Shown here: one piece after another, positions 18,952-29,142 of the stretch
How positions within the stretch are numbered: the first letter of the stretch is position 1
How the letters are laid out: every line of letters starts with the position of its first letter
Source of the DNA: a plasmid
Strand: one strand, 5' to 3'
DNA length: 64,000 nt
Sequence record: NZ_CP024444.1
Translations under genes and position numbers: made by a program
The notes under the pieces: model-generated
What the model was told of the DNA's origin: nothing
Databases searched by the model: none
What the model saw: only the letters and a program-made list of their open reading frames with translations

Positions 18952-19962
18952 ATGGCAAAAGCACTTGTAACAAAAGCACCAAAGCACACAGCAGGCGCAT
19001 CTACAGGCTCACCCAAGATTGTGTTGTTATTATCAATTCTTGCGACAGTCTTCTTTATTCTCACCTTGCTACTATCGTTCATGCTGTTTAAAAACGGTCC
19101 TGTGCCACAAGACCAAGTTAAAGCAAAAGTAGCTACGTTTGGCGAGGTGGTCAGTAGCGAGCCGCTGGGGGACACGGGCATGACCGCTTGGGTGTTAAAA
19201 CCAAAAGGCACCAATCAAAATGCTATTTTTTATAGCACCAAAGACGGTAAAGCTTTCATCGATGGTACCATCTTCAACATTGCTGACGGCAAAGACCTAA
19301 CCACGCCATTACTGGCAAAAAATAACATCGCGCCAGCAACCGCACCAAACACCGACCCCCAAACTGTCACCGCAACACCTGTTTCAGCTACAGGTCACCC
19401 AACCCCGGAACAAGTAGTGGCACAAAGCACTGAAGGCGAGCCTCTTGGCGAATTTAAAGGTACGGTACCTGAAGTAATCAAAGTGTTGGATAGCATGCCG
19501 GGCTACAAAGAAGATAAGTCCATGAAGCCTGAAGATACTGTGTATGTCGTTTACGATCCACGTTGCCCGTATTGCCATAAGTTATATGAAATGACGCGCA
19601 ATGTTGACTTCAAAGGTAAAAATATCACCATCAAGTGGCTACCAAGCGTTGCGCTCGGTCAAAGCAACGGCAAAGATGAAATTGCGCGTCAAGCCGCATT
19701 TGCCTTTGAAGCGAAAGATGGTGCGGATTTTGGCCGTACTTTTAGCCAAGAAAAACCTTTAGCCGCTAAATTTGGTGACCAAGAAACCCAAGCATTGGGC
19801 TTAAATCTATCATTGCTATATGAAGCAGCGGATAAAACCTATGGCAAGGATGCGCCTAAAGCGGTACCAGCAGTGTTTTACTTAAACAAGAAAAACGGAT
19901 TGCCAAAAATGATTTATGGTTCAACTGATCCGGCAGTCTTTAAAATCATCTTTGGTAGCTAA
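18952..19962 (+). CDS. DsbC/TrbB-like thiol:disulfide interchange protein with an N-terminal membrane anchor.
   Basis: It carries the active site DPRCPYCHKLY (CPYC) in a thioredoxin-like C-terminal domain. It is analogous to TrbB of F and IncI transfer systems. Confidence 0.6.
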   Translation: MAKALVTKAPKHTAGASTGSPKIVLLLSILATVFFILTLLLSFMLFKNGPVPQDQVKAKVATFGEVVSSEPLGDTGMTAWVLKPKGTNQNAIFYSTKDGKAFIDGTIFNIADGKDLTTPLLAKNNIAPATAPNTDPQTVTATPVSATGHPTPEQVVAQSTEGEPLGEFKGTVPEVIKVLDSMPGYKEDKSMKPEDTVYVVYDPRCPYCHKLYEMTRNVDFKGKNITIKWLPSVALGQSNGKDEIARQAAFAFEAKDGADFGRTFSQEKPLAAKFGDQETQALGLNLSLLYEAADKTYGKDAPKAVPAVFYLNKKNGLPKMIYGSTDPAVFKIIFGS

Positions 19963-19974
19963 GTGAGGGATAGT

Positions 19975-20958
19975 ATGTTCGGGTTCTTTAAAAAATCAAA
20001 AAATGCATTAATGGTCCAACCGCAAATCGTTGTACGCCACTTAACCAATGAAGCTGTCACCCAGCTTGTGATGTATCTTGATTCGGGTGTTGAAGACTTA
20101 AACCGTGTTAATCAGCGTTACACCACCAATTTTGATAGCCAAGGTAATACCGCTACCAGTTTAACGGTATTGGGGTTTGATACGCTAACCCAGTTCAAAG
20201 ACACTCAAAGCTTGGTATTTGAAGGCGATTTCGTTGATATCGAGCGCAGTGTTGACACCAATGCTGATAGCATCGAAATACATATCATCAAAAACTTGAT
20301 GCATGAAAGCGGTCAAGAAATCACCGAAAAACAAGCCCGTTTTTTACATGCATCGGCAATCGCTGAAAATAAAGCACTGGTGCATGGCACGATTTGTCTT
20401 ACCATTACATCAAATGGTGAGCGTATTTCACAGGTAATTGCCAAACCAATTTACTGGATTGATGGCTTGGTGCAAGAAGACACCATTGTTTTCCCTGAAC
20501 CTAGCGACATTCAATCGTATGTTAAGCAGTCATGGCTAGATACCTTCAATGATGCCTTGTACGAAGATATCAATACCGCCCAAACTGCCATGCCAAGCGT
20601 TGCTAGTAAGGCTGCACCAGCCTTTATGCACAAACTGCCACGTCGTTCAGCCAATGACGATAGCAATCGCGCCAGCAATGTAACCAAAGGGGTGGTATTA
20701 GCCGCTGGCTTGATGGGTGCAATTGGTGTTGCTGCATGGGTCAACCCACATCATAAAACAGAACAAACTCAAGACAATTTTGGTATGGGCGCAGGCTTAA
20801 TCGCAGACAATAGCAATACTCGTGAGCTCACGCCAGCTGCCTTAGGTAGCCAACAACAAGATGCAACAGCCGCCATCCTAAAACAGATGGGGGTCGACGT
20901 GAATAAAGCAACGGATTTAGGTTGCTTATCAGCGGATAAACCCAGCACGGCTAACTAA
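19975..20958 (+). CDS. Hypothetical protein with a C-terminal transmembrane segment.
   Basis: It is a long ORF preceded by the Shine-Dalgarno sequence GAGGGA 5 nt upstream. The tracked ORF starts at a GTG at 19963. Confidence 0.4.
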   Translation: MFGFFKKSKNALMVQPQIVVRHLTNEAVTQLVMYLDSGVEDLNRVNQRYTTNFDSQGNTATSLTVLGFDTLTQFKDTQSLVFEGDFVDIERSVDTNADSIEIHIIKNLMHESGQEITEKQARFLHASAIAENKALVHGTICLTITSNGERISQVIAKPIYWIDGLVQEDTIVFPEPSDIQSYVKQSWLDTFNDALYEDINTAQTAMPSVASKAAPAFMHKLPRRSANDDSNRASNVTKGVVLAAGLMGAIGVAAWVNPHHKTEQTQDNFGMGAGLIADNSNTRELTPAALGSQQQDATAAILKQMGVDVNKATDLGCLSADKPSTAN

Positions 20959-20971
20959 CAAGGATTGATAA

Positions 20972-21571
20972 ATGATTTACGATCAGTTCGATGAAGACGA
21001 TGAAGAGTTAGATGCCGATCATGTCTTACAGCTGCAAGCGCAAGAGCAAAGTTTCAATGAGGCGCATGCCTTTGCTGGCTATTTTCGTTTTTATAATTGG
21101 TTAACGTGGTTAAACCGTGACCACAGTGTCCAATTAAGCCGTTCTGCGTCATTGACGTTGACTAAGGAGGCACTACGCATGATGCATATTGGTTTTACTG
21201 ATTACCAAAATTCCAATGTGCCAAAAGGGGTGTTCTTTGAGTTTCAGCCCTATCATTATGCCTTTTTAAAATCGGTTGGCTTAAATGGCGCGTGGCTTGA
21301 AGACCGTGGGGTAACGTTGGTTTTTAATTCCGTCAAATACGGTGATTTCTTGCTTAGAATGATCCGTATTTATATCCCCATCGTTAACAAACAGGTCCTA
21401 GAGCTTATCCGTCAGGCTAAATACGTCACCTTAGCTGAAATTCAAATGGATGAAGATGATAGTATGGTGCTCGATGTCACTGAAGTATTAAGTCCGCCAG
21501 TGCCATTACTACAACAACCACCAAAATCCTCCAAAAAGAACAGCAAAAAACGCTGGTCGCGTGCTATGTAG
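20972..21571 (+). CDS. Hypothetical acidic protein.
   Basis: It is an ORF tightly packed within the operon. Confidence 0.35.
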   Translation: MIYDQFDEDDEELDADHVLQLQAQEQSFNEAHAFAGYFRFYNWLTWLNRDHSVQLSRSASLTLTKEALRMMHIGFTDYQNSNVPKGVFFEFQPYHYAFLKSVGLNGAWLEDRGVTLVFNSVKYGDFLLRMIRIYIPIVNKQVLELIRQAKYVTLAEIQMDEDDSMVLDVTEVLSPPVPLLQQPPKSSKKNSKKRWSRAM

Positions 21572-21588
21572 TGAGTTTAGGAAATCAA

Positions 21589-22539
21589 ATGATGAATTAC
21601 GACGATCACACTAACATCAACCAGCCGTTGCCAGCTGATTTACTGACAAGCGTTTTGCTTGAAGCCATTGACTATCAGCTAAAAAATCCGCAGTTTAGCC
21701 AAGATGCCGACCTTTATACCTACAACAATGCATTGCATTTATTGGCAAGCTGCCGTCAAAAGCTCACTTCAATGTTATTTTTGGGTAGTGCGGATAGCTA
21801 TTTTCATCAAGCATCGGGTGCTGATATCAGTAACTTTCGCTATCCTGAAAAACCCATGCTGTTTGTTCAGTCGATGGCAATTGACCCACAAAAAACCCTA
21901 TCGGTTAGAGTGCATCTTGAAAATACTGCCCGTATTGAAAACGGTCAGATGATAACTGATTACAAACAAAAGACCCTATCGATGGTGGCTAAAAACTATA
22001 TCGTTTTAGCCTTGCCTATCAAAAAAGACATGTTCAAAAAGGTTGCTGTCCCTGTCATCGGCTCATATAACCATATCATGGCGACATCACTCGATAAGCG
22101 TGAAGGCGTCCTGTTACTACCGTTTGAACAGGTGACCTGGGTAAGCTTGCCACAATTAGGCACGGTGACTAAAGAATTTGCCTATTGCAATAACCCATTA
22201 CATAGCTGTTTTTATCATTTGTTAGAACCAGCCTGCGTGACGGGTTTTGCGGTGGATGCAAAAGCTAAAAATATGATGGCGTTTGTCAGTCAGCCTAAAT
22301 TGCTAAATATTGCCCTAAAAGACATGCCAGCCCTAACCGAAACGCATGCGCTTAGTGTACAAAATCATAATGGTGAGTATGACTCAAGCTCGGATATTCA
22401 CCTTGCACTGCAACTATTCAAAGAACGCTATCAAGTTCCGGTGAGTGAAGATGCGCTTGAGAAATTACAACAATTTGACCAACAAGTGGCAGGACTTGAC
22501 GTAAACACGCCTGCGTTTAATCTCACAATTGACCAGTAA
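21589..22539 (+). CDS. Hypothetical protein.
   Basis: It is an ORF with the Shine-Dalgarno sequence AGGAAAT before the ATG at 21589. The tracked ORF starts at a GTG at 21571. Confidence 0.35.
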   Translation: MMNYDDHTNINQPLPADLLTSVLLEAIDYQLKNPQFSQDADLYTYNNALHLLASCRQKLTSMLFLGSADSYFHQASGADISNFRYPEKPMLFVQSMAIDPQKTLSVRVHLENTARIENGQMITDYKQKTLSMVAKNYIVLALPIKKDMFKKVAVPVIGSYNHIMATSLDKREGVLLLPFEQVTWVSLPQLGTVTKEFAYCNNPLHSCFYHLLEPACVTGFAVDAKAKNMMAFVSQPKLLNIALKDMPALTETHALSVQNHNGEYDSSSDIHLALQLFKERYQVPVSEDALEKLQQFDQQVAGLDVNTPAFNLTIDQ

Positions 22540-22699
22540 TCAGTCTTTGTTAAATTGCGATTGTATCACCCCTTAAAAGCCATTTGATTTACTATATTTT
22601 TGTGGCAACCCTAAAAATATACGCTATAATTAAACCGATTGTTTTTAAGGGTGATTAAACAAACCCTTTACTCATAGTGTACCCATTTTAAGCACTATT

Positions 22700-22722
22700 T
22701 TAATTCTTAGCGAACTAGAGGT
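22700..22722 (+). promoter_or_regulatory. Motif copy TTAATTCTTAGCGAACTAGAGG before the GTG at 22727.
   Basis: The sequence matches the recurring motif. Confidence 0.55.
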
Positions 22723-22726
22723 CGTT

Positions 22727-24850
22727 GTGACTTACCCAACAAAAAAATCACTGAAGGTGGAACCAAAACCCTTATATGTTGCTATCAGACTGTCTGTGTT
22801 GACAGCACTTGCAATGTTAGGCTCTACCCAGCTTGTATCAGCAAGCGGTACCTCTACTACCACCAAACAAACTACCCAACAAGCCCAAGCAACCGCAAAA
22901 CAAGCCCAACAATCAGCCGCATCCGCACCAGCCTCCACGAAGGGTGGCTTATCGTCAAATTTAAGCGGTATGACGGATGACCAAGTCAAATCCTTTTACC
23001 AAAAAACTGGCGTGTTGCCCGGCACCGCTATTATGCCGTGGCCGTCTAACCTTACCACGGTCACAACCCGTTATGGGGGATTTCGTTGGCGTGGAGGCGC
23101 ACCAGGTTTTCATGGTGGCTTGGATATTGTTGGGGGTTCGCCTCAATTAAAAATAACGGATAACAATTCCTTCGTATTAAATAGCGGTGTGATTGGTGGG
23201 GGTGGTGGTAACACGGTCACCATCCAACGTAAACATGGCGATTGGTACACGTACATGCATTTGCGTAACCCGTCACCACTTAGAAACGGTCAGCCTGTTA
23301 GTTTAGGGCAATTGGCTGGTATTGAAGGGATGTCCGGTGGCACCAGTTCGGGTGTGCACTTGCACTTAGGTTATGGTATTTCAAACCCTGCTGAAGCGTC
23401 ACGTCGACGCAATTACTGGCTTGGTGTCTCACCGTCAAAGAGTTTATTTGCCCCATCTAAATTTATCCGTCAAGGTGAAGGGGGTAAATTAACCACTGAT
23501 CCAACGCCTTATTATAATTCTGACTTACCTATCAGCGAGAAGTCTATTCAATATTATAACTGGCTCGGTGGTTCAATCAGACAGCAATTTAATACCCTGT
23601 ATGGCGCAAACCTACCCGTAAATCAAAGTTACGCTAGACCCATTACGCGCACCATACCAGCCTTAGGTGTGTTTAATACCAATTATGAGTGGACGCCTGA
23701 AAAATTGGCTGCTGCTCGCGCATCTATTGTTGAAGGCGGTGTGATCGGTGACATGACGGGGTATTCAGGTGCGTTTAACCAAGGGGGTATGTCATACCAA
23801 GTTCTAGCAAGCTTTATTTCATCATCCGACGGTCTTGACTTTGGTACCTTACCGCAACCAGCCCTGCCACCCGATATCGAACACATGAGCGTCAATCAAA
23901 TTGTTGACCAAATAGACTCACAGCGATATGGGAATGTGGAATGGGAAAAAGCAGCCATGAAGTTATCTTCAAAAGGGATGCTGAATGAATACCTATTCAT
24001 GACTGCCACAGAAAACTTTATACGTCATAAAAACAAAGAATTAAAGAAACGGGTGAATGGTTTGATAGCTGCCTTTACGTCAGCAAAACTGTATGAGTAC
24101 AACAAAAAGATTGAAGCCATAAAAGTCATGGCGGATGCCGAAGTGGTTCCTGGCATCATCGATCTGCAGCTTTCAGATTTGGGGTATGATGGTAGTATTG
24201 AAAGTGGCGATGCTTCACAGGCTGGTTCAGCTATTGATATCAACTCATTACCAAATGATATTAAGGCATTAACCCAAGCCCTGCTTGATACCATTTCGCA
24301 AGGTGAGTCATCGGCAGGACCAAAAGGCTATAACGCCTATAATTCAGGTTCTAGTAAAGGCTCGTGCTCTAAGCCAGCTGGTGGTATGTATAATTTCTCA
24401 ACCATGACCTTAAGAGAAATAGCCAATCTTAGATACGCTGGTGGTTGTAAAGGTATTTTTGCGGCTGGTAAATACCAAATTATCCCTGATACACGCCTAG
24501 GACGTATTCAAGCTGGTGTTGTTGGCTGGAATACCCTGTATACGCCTGAAGCGCAAGAAAAAATGGCAATGTCACTACTTATGGCACGTATTGGTAAATT
24601 TGTTAAATACGGCACAGGTAGCGTTTCAGATGCCCAGTACAACCTTTCAAAAGAATGGGCATCAATTGCAATACCGCCTAGTTACAAATCAAGATATGGA
24701 CGTTATATCGGACCTGCGAGCTGCCCTAACGGTAAAAAAGGTGTGTCTTTTTATCAGGGTAATGGTAATAATGCTGCGTTCTGTACCATGACCAATAATT
24801 TGACAGCTATTTTGACAAAAATTAAACAAGTACATTCGGGCGGTCAATGA
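22727..24850 (+). CDS. Large secreted peptidoglycan hydrolase with an M23 (LytM) metallopeptidase domain and an additional C-terminal hydrolase-like domain.
   Basis: It has a signal/transmembrane segment. HGGLDIVGG, GDWYTYMHLRN and GVHLHLGY match the M23 HxxxD...HxH motifs. The C-terminal 250 aa are unassigned. Confidence 0.6.
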   Translation: MTYPTKKSLKVEPKPLYVAIRLSVLTALAMLGSTQLVSASGTSTTTKQTTQQAQATAKQAQQSAASAPASTKGGLSSNLSGMTDDQVKSFYQKTGVLPGTAIMPWPSNLTTVTTRYGGFRWRGGAPGFHGGLDIVGGSPQLKITDNNSFVLNSGVIGGGGGNTVTIQRKHGDWYTYMHLRNPSPLRNGQPVSLGQLAGIEGMSGGTSSGVHLHLGYGISNPAEASRRRNYWLGVSPSKSLFAPSKFIRQGEGGKLTTDPTPYYNSDLPISEKSIQYYNWLGGSIRQQFNTLYGANLPVNQSYARPITRTIPALGVFNTNYEWTPEKLAAARASIVEGGVIGDMTGYSGAFNQGGMSYQVLASFISSSDGLDFGTLPQPALPPDIEHMSVNQIVDQIDSQRYGNVEWEKAAMKLSSKGMLNEYLFMTATENFIRHKNKELKKRVNGLIAAFTSAKLYEYNKKIEAIKVMADAEVVPGIIDLQLSDLGYDGSIESGDASQAGSAIDINSLPNDIKALTQALLDTISQGESSAGPKGYNAYNSGSSKGSCSKPAGGMYNFSTMTLREIANLRYAGGCKGIFAAGKYQIIPDTRLGRIQAGVVGWNTLYTPEAQEKMAMSLLMARIGKFVKYGTGSVSDAQYNLSKEWASIAIPPSYKSRYGRYIGPASCPNGKKGVSFYQGNGNNAAFCTMTNNLTAILTKIKQVHSGGQ

Positions 24851-24894
24851 TAATACCGATATCACTAAACCAAACATTTATATAGGAATAACTA

Positions 24895-25428
24895 ATGAAA
24901 AAATTACTCCCTTTATTATTGATTAGTTCAACTGCTTTTGCTGGCTACCCTGACGAGCCAGCAACTAAGCCTAGAGGCGGTTCATCAGCTGGCATTAACT
25001 TTAGCGTTTGTCATTACAATGGTAGCCCGATTAATTACTGTGGTGCCAAAAATGCCAATACCTTGCACAGTTTTGATAAAACCAAACCTACCTTTTTAGG
25101 TCGTTATATCCCTATTGTGTTAAAACCTAGTGAGCTTGCATCCGGCAAAATCCCTAAAGATACACGCGGATTTTTACTGTATGACCCTGCGGCTAAAGCT
25201 GCCTATACATTCCCATGGGTTCTACAAACGCAAGAGGCAACGCCAGGTTCGCGTGCCTATCCTGTTCAAGTGCATTACAACCTAAAAAATTACCCAAAAA
25301 ATGCGATAGTATTTCAAGGTAATTTAACGTCAGAAGATTACGCTGAATATTCATCCTCATCTGTATCGGACGACGTGGTCTTTGTATTCAGTGACGAAAA
25401 AATTTTTGCGAATATTGAAGCCCAATAA
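24895..25428 (+). CDS. Secreted or lipo-protein, one of a tandem paralog pair.
   Basis: It has a signal peptide MKKLLPLLLISSTAFA. It is similar to the next ORF, for example FLLYDPAAKAAYTFPWVLQ versus FVLFDPVKQKAFTLPWLLR. Confidence 0.45.
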   Translation: MKKLLPLLLISSTAFAGYPDEPATKPRGGSSAGINFSVCHYNGSPINYCGAKNANTLHSFDKTKPTFLGRYIPIVLKPSELASGKIPKDTRGFLLYDPAAKAAYTFPWVLQTQEATPGSRAYPVQVHYNLKNYPKNAIVFQGNLTSEDYAEYSSSSVSDDVVFVFSDEKIFANIEAQ

Positions 25429-25441
25429 TGTGAGTACACCC

Positions 25442-26008
25442 ATGAAAAAACTACTAATCTCATTGGGTATTGTTGCCAGTACCTTAACTACTTTCACCCA
25501 AGCCGATGCCAGTATGGTTTTGGCTGGCATGGTGGTAAAAGGCGGTAGTCTAAAGCCATTACCCATTAAAGTTGATGTGTGCAAACAAAAAGGGGTAGGG
25601 GTTGATTACTGCAGTAGCAATAACATTGCCCTCATACGTGCCGGGGCAAATCACAAGCCTGCGAACTTTGACCATAATAAATATGTGCCTGTGGTCTTTA
25701 CGCCCTATGAAGTAAAAACAGGTGCGCTACCCAGTGATGCCAAAGCGTTTGTATTGTTTGACCCAGTGAAGCAAAAAGCCTTTACCTTGCCTTGGCTGCT
25801 ACGTCAACCACAACAAAAAGGTACTAACCAGCGCATCCCAATTAGTTTTCAGTTTAAAGATATTCAAGGTGCGCCATCCGACGTATTTGCAGTAGTGGCA
25901 GACTTGATTGCTGATAAAAACAACACCTTTATTTATAAAAATGCCCTTGAAGTGAATTATTTAATTTCTTTTGATGGTAAGAAATATTATCTTGGTGGCG
26001 ATTTTTAA
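25442..26008 (+). CDS. Secreted protein, the second member of the tandem paralog pair.
   Basis: It has a signal peptide MKKLLISLGIVAS. The tracked ORF start at 25382 was rejected in favour of the Met that begins the signal peptide. Confidence 0.45.
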   Translation: MKKLLISLGIVASTLTTFTQADASMVLAGMVVKGGSLKPLPIKVDVCKQKGVGVDYCSSNNIALIRAGANHKPANFDHNKYVPVVFTPYEVKTGALPSDAKAFVLFDPVKQKAFTLPWLLRQPQQKGTNQRIPISFQFKDIQGAPSDVFAVVADLIADKNNTFIYKNALEVNYLISFDGKKYYLGGDF

Positions 26009-26048
26009 GGTGGCGAGTCATAGCACCTTCTCGGTTTGCTCGTTATTT

Positions 26049-26086
26049 CTGCCAAGAAAATAGCGAGTTTTTTTTATAAAAATCCG
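26049..26086 (+). terminator. Rho-independent terminator.
   Basis: The hairpin ctcgttattt...aaatagcgag is followed by a run of eight T. Confidence 0.5.
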
Positions 26087-26162
26087 TAGTAGTTGTCTGT
26101 CTAATAAAGGAAATACAAACTATTGACAATGATGGTCTGACAGACTACTATTCTTGGTAAAT

Positions 26163-26189
26163 AATTAATTTTTAGCGAACAAACGAGAG
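26163..26189 (+). promoter_or_regulatory. Motif copy AATTAATTTTTAGCGAACAAACGAGAG before the ATG at 26195.
   Basis: The sequence matches the recurring motif. Confidence 0.6.
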
Positions 26190-26194
26190 TCATA

Positions 26195-27262
26195 ATGGGA
26201 CTGTTATCAAAGTCAGGCAAATTGACTGGCAAGGCAGTTAAACACACCGTATTGTTACCACTATCGGTAGCCGTACCTAATGTGGTTTACAGTAATGCCA
26301 AGTTTATAAAATCAACGCTACAAAGCGTACCTTATCCTTTTTGCCCAGCTTGTGGCGAGTCTAAACTTACACCGATTGAATGGCATAAACTTCCTCAATC
26401 ATCCATGACTTATCTTGATGATACACCTGTTCCTGAATTACCAACTGATTATTCACCGACAGGGGTGTGGCGATGCGGTGAATGTGGTTATACCTTACGC
26501 GTCAATAAACCCACGCTACACGCCCTGCAGATTGCGCTAACCAAAGTCGGTCGCCAAGTCTATGAAACTACCGACATCCATAATCGACAAACCCCTGAAG
26601 CCAATAAGCGCATCCATGATATGGTTTCATCTCGCGTACTAGCCGCCCGTTTATTTGCTGGCGTGTTTGGTATGTTTATTTTGTTTATGATGTATGCCGC
26701 CTATCAAGGCAAACTCATGTTTTTGCTATCGCTAATTAGCATATCAAGCGTGGTATTGCTGTTATCAATTAAATCAGGCTACCGTGCTTGGCAACTTTAC
26801 ACAGACAACATGTTCGCCCCCGATGCTAAGGCGCAATTTCTGTATTGGTTAAAAAACCACAAATGGTATCAATTCCCCATCGATGACGGCTACGATCCGT
26901 TTGATTTGCCCGTGGAAAACCCACAAGATGAGGAATATGACGAGATTGAATGCGAAGAGTTGACACCGACGCAAGCCGAACAGATCCTTGATGATCAATT
27001 TGAGCCTGAAGATGATGGGTTTGTCGACAACCAACCTCAAGATGGCGAAGATTTAGAGCACGACGCAGAAGACGAAGAGCTAAACCATAATTATGCTAAC
27101 TCTGTTAAAAAAACCAATTATGGCACCAGTCAATCGATGAAGCCGGATGTTGTTGTAAAACCTGTGTATGAAGAAGAGTTAACCGAGCAGGGCGACACCA
27201 CGCCTGAAGCAACACAATCAGTCAGTTTAGTGAAAACCGATGTAAGTAACCCACAACCGTAA
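26195..27262 (+). CDS. Membrane protein with an N-terminal zinc ribbon (CPACG...CGECGY), a transmembrane region and a highly acidic C-terminus.
   Basis: The Cys pairs and hydrophobic segments were read from the translation. Confidence 0.45.
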   Translation: MGLLSKSGKLTGKAVKHTVLLPLSVAVPNVVYSNAKFIKSTLQSVPYPFCPACGESKLTPIEWHKLPQSSMTYLDDTPVPELPTDYSPTGVWRCGECGYTLRVNKPTLHALQIALTKVGRQVYETTDIHNRQTPEANKRIHDMVSSRVLAARLFAGVFGMFILFMMYAAYQGKLMFLLSLISISSVVLLLSIKSGYRAWQLYTDNMFAPDAKAQFLYWLKNHKWYQFPIDDGYDPFDLPVENPQDEEYDEIECEELTPTQAEQILDDQFEPEDDGFVDNQPQDGEDLEHDAEDEELNHNYANSVKKTNYGTSQSMKPDVVVKPVYEEELTEQGDTTPEATQSVSLVKTDVSNPQP

Positions 27263-27269
27263 TAGGTTG

Positions 27270-27298
27270 TTAATTTTTAGCGAATTAATCTAAAGAGA
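27270..27298 (+). promoter_or_regulatory. Motif copy TAATTTTTAGCGAATTAATCTAAAGAGAT before the ATG at 27303.
   Basis: The sequence matches the recurring motif. Confidence 0.6.
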
Positions 27299-27302
27299 TA
27301 CC

Positions 27303-28358
27303 ATGAAAAATCCCAACGTCACGCGAAACACGTTTGCGACTTTATTGGTGGTGCTCGCGAATTCACCAGCCTTCGGTGGGCTGGCTAATATGAGTTCGCA
27401 ACAACTAGCCTCGTTTGCCAATCAAAATGTCGCATTCGGTAATAACTACGCTAACCCTAATGTGGGGATGCAAAGCAACAATGGCTATGTGACCGTAACG
27501 GGTATGCCTGAACCACAATTAACCCCAAAGCAATTGGATGCGTTAAGATTGGTTAATAAACTTGGCGGTGATCCAAGCCGTCGCACGGCAACTGGCTCAA
27601 GTTATAACGCTGTATCGTACACCACGCCAGCGCGTTCACCGAGTCAGATTACCATAAGCCGTTATTATCCGGCTAATGGCAATCGGGCATCTATGCCTAT
27701 TAATCAAACCCTGCCTGTTAATAAAGCCTTGCAAAACCAACAACCGTATGTGGTACGTCCAATGCCACAGCAACCACCAAGTTTTACACCAAATAAATCG
27801 GCAGCCACCCAAGAACCAATATTTAGACCGTTAAGCTATTATCAGGCGCAGTTGCCACAACCTGTTAGCCCAACTGAAGACTATACCGTGACAACAATTA
27901 AGGGGTCAGATTACCCAATCGGTAAGCCTACGCTGGCATGTGTGGCACAAGCCGCCCAAAGACAAGATGTTCCGGTAGACGTGATGCTTGCGATTAATAG
28001 CATCGAACAGGGTCAAATTGGCGAAATGCCATCTAAGCGCGGTGGTGGTTATCACATGGGTGCGTTTCAGATTAATACTACCCAAATGCCACGCCTTCAT
28101 ACCGATAAATCTACGCAATTTGATGTACTAAATCGCGGTTGCTTTAATGCCCAAATTGCAGCGGTTTTACTAAGCGACGCTATACACAAAGATACGGGCA
28201 AATATGCCAACTGGGATAAATATGCCAAAGCTGCTGGATATCATTCTTGGAACCCAGGACCTAATGCTGTGTATCGCCAAAAACTCATTAATTACACCCA
28301 GCAATGGCGGGCTTGGTTGCGTGAAAATAACCTGACACAGTATATCTCTGATTTTTAG
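27303..28358 (+). CDS. VirB1-like lytic transglycosylase (SLT domain) with a signal peptide.
   Basis: LAINSIEQGQ...GYHMGAFQINT matches the SLT/VirB1 signature ES...(D/Y)xGLMQIN. Confidence 0.6.
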   Translation: MKNPNVTRNTFATLLVVLANSPAFGGLANMSSQQLASFANQNVAFGNNYANPNVGMQSNNGYVTVTGMPEPQLTPKQLDALRLVNKLGGDPSRRTATGSSYNAVSYTTPARSPSQITISRYYPANGNRASMPINQTLPVNKALQNQQPYVVRPMPQQPPSFTPNKSAATQEPIFRPLSYYQAQLPQPVSPTEDYTVTTIKGSDYPIGKPTLACVAQAAQRQDVPVDVMLAINSIEQGQIGEMPSKRGGGYHMGAFQINTTQMPRLHTDKSTQFDVLNRGCFNAQIAAVLLSDAIHKDTGKYANWDKYAKAAGYHSWNPGPNAVYRQKLINYTQQWRAWLRENNLTQYISDF

Positions 28359-28435
28359 GAAAAAAGTGCATAGCATGTGTCATTAATTGAAATTAGTTCA
28401 AAAACTATAGAGGTGAATATGAAAAAATTAGCAAT

Positions 28436-28792
28436 ATGCGGTTAAAAAAAACTGGGCAAGTAACCTTGTATTTTTTCTTTGCTAATAATAACAATGGGCT
28501 AGTTTTCTATAAAATAGTAAGATATTTTATGCTACAAAACATACGAGATACATATATTGAGCGTACTCGTCAAGGTCAAGATGAAGTATTGCTTAAAATC
28601 ATTAGCCCAAGTTACTGCTATGCTAAATGTAATAAAAAAGATGTGCCACTTTTTATTTGTACGCTTAGTGACAACGATGAAACAATCAATATTAGTGATA
28701 ATTTAAAATTTTTCAGAAATGAAGAGGATGCTTATTGGGCAGCCGTCAATTCAGGCAATAAGAATTTACCGATGACAAGACCTAAGACATGA
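28436..28792 (+). CDS. Hypothetical small protein; the start is uncertain.
   Basis: The evidence is the ORF alone. Confidence 0.25.
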   Translation: MRLKKTGQVTLYFFFANNNNGLVFYKIVRYFMLQNIRDTYIERTRQGQDEVLLKIISPSYCYAKCNKKDVPLFICTLSDNDETINISDNLKFFRNEEDAYWAAVNSGNKNLPMTRPKT

Positions 28793-28871
28793 ATCTTTGA
28801 AGGTGTTTTTCAAAAGCGGTAGATGGAAAGCGAGAAGTTTGTTAAATTTGAAGAAGAAGTAGGACATCATT

Positions 28872-29093
28872 ATGGAAGAAATTAGCATCTCAATGAAACT
28901 CTTTATAATAGGTAATGCGGTATTTTTCGTATTACTTTTTGGCAGCAGAGTATACCGCTTTTTTGAACTTCGCCGTCGTGAAAAGCAGTGGGATCGTGAA
29001 GAATTAATTGATAAATTTGGTGAAAATTATCAAAATAATCCTGAATACCTTGAATATAAAGCCTTGATGAAAAAGGTAGGGATTAAGGTTTAG
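28872..29093 (+). CDS. Small single-pass membrane protein.
   Basis: It has a hydrophobic helix followed by a charged tail. Confidence 0.35.
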   Translation: MEEISISMKLFIIGNAVFFVLLFGSRVYRFFELRRREKQWDREELIDKFGENYQNNPEYLEYKALMKKVGIKV

Positions 29094-29142
29094 TAAGTTT
29101 AAGCGACAAACAATGACGTAAATTAATTGATAAGGAATCAAA

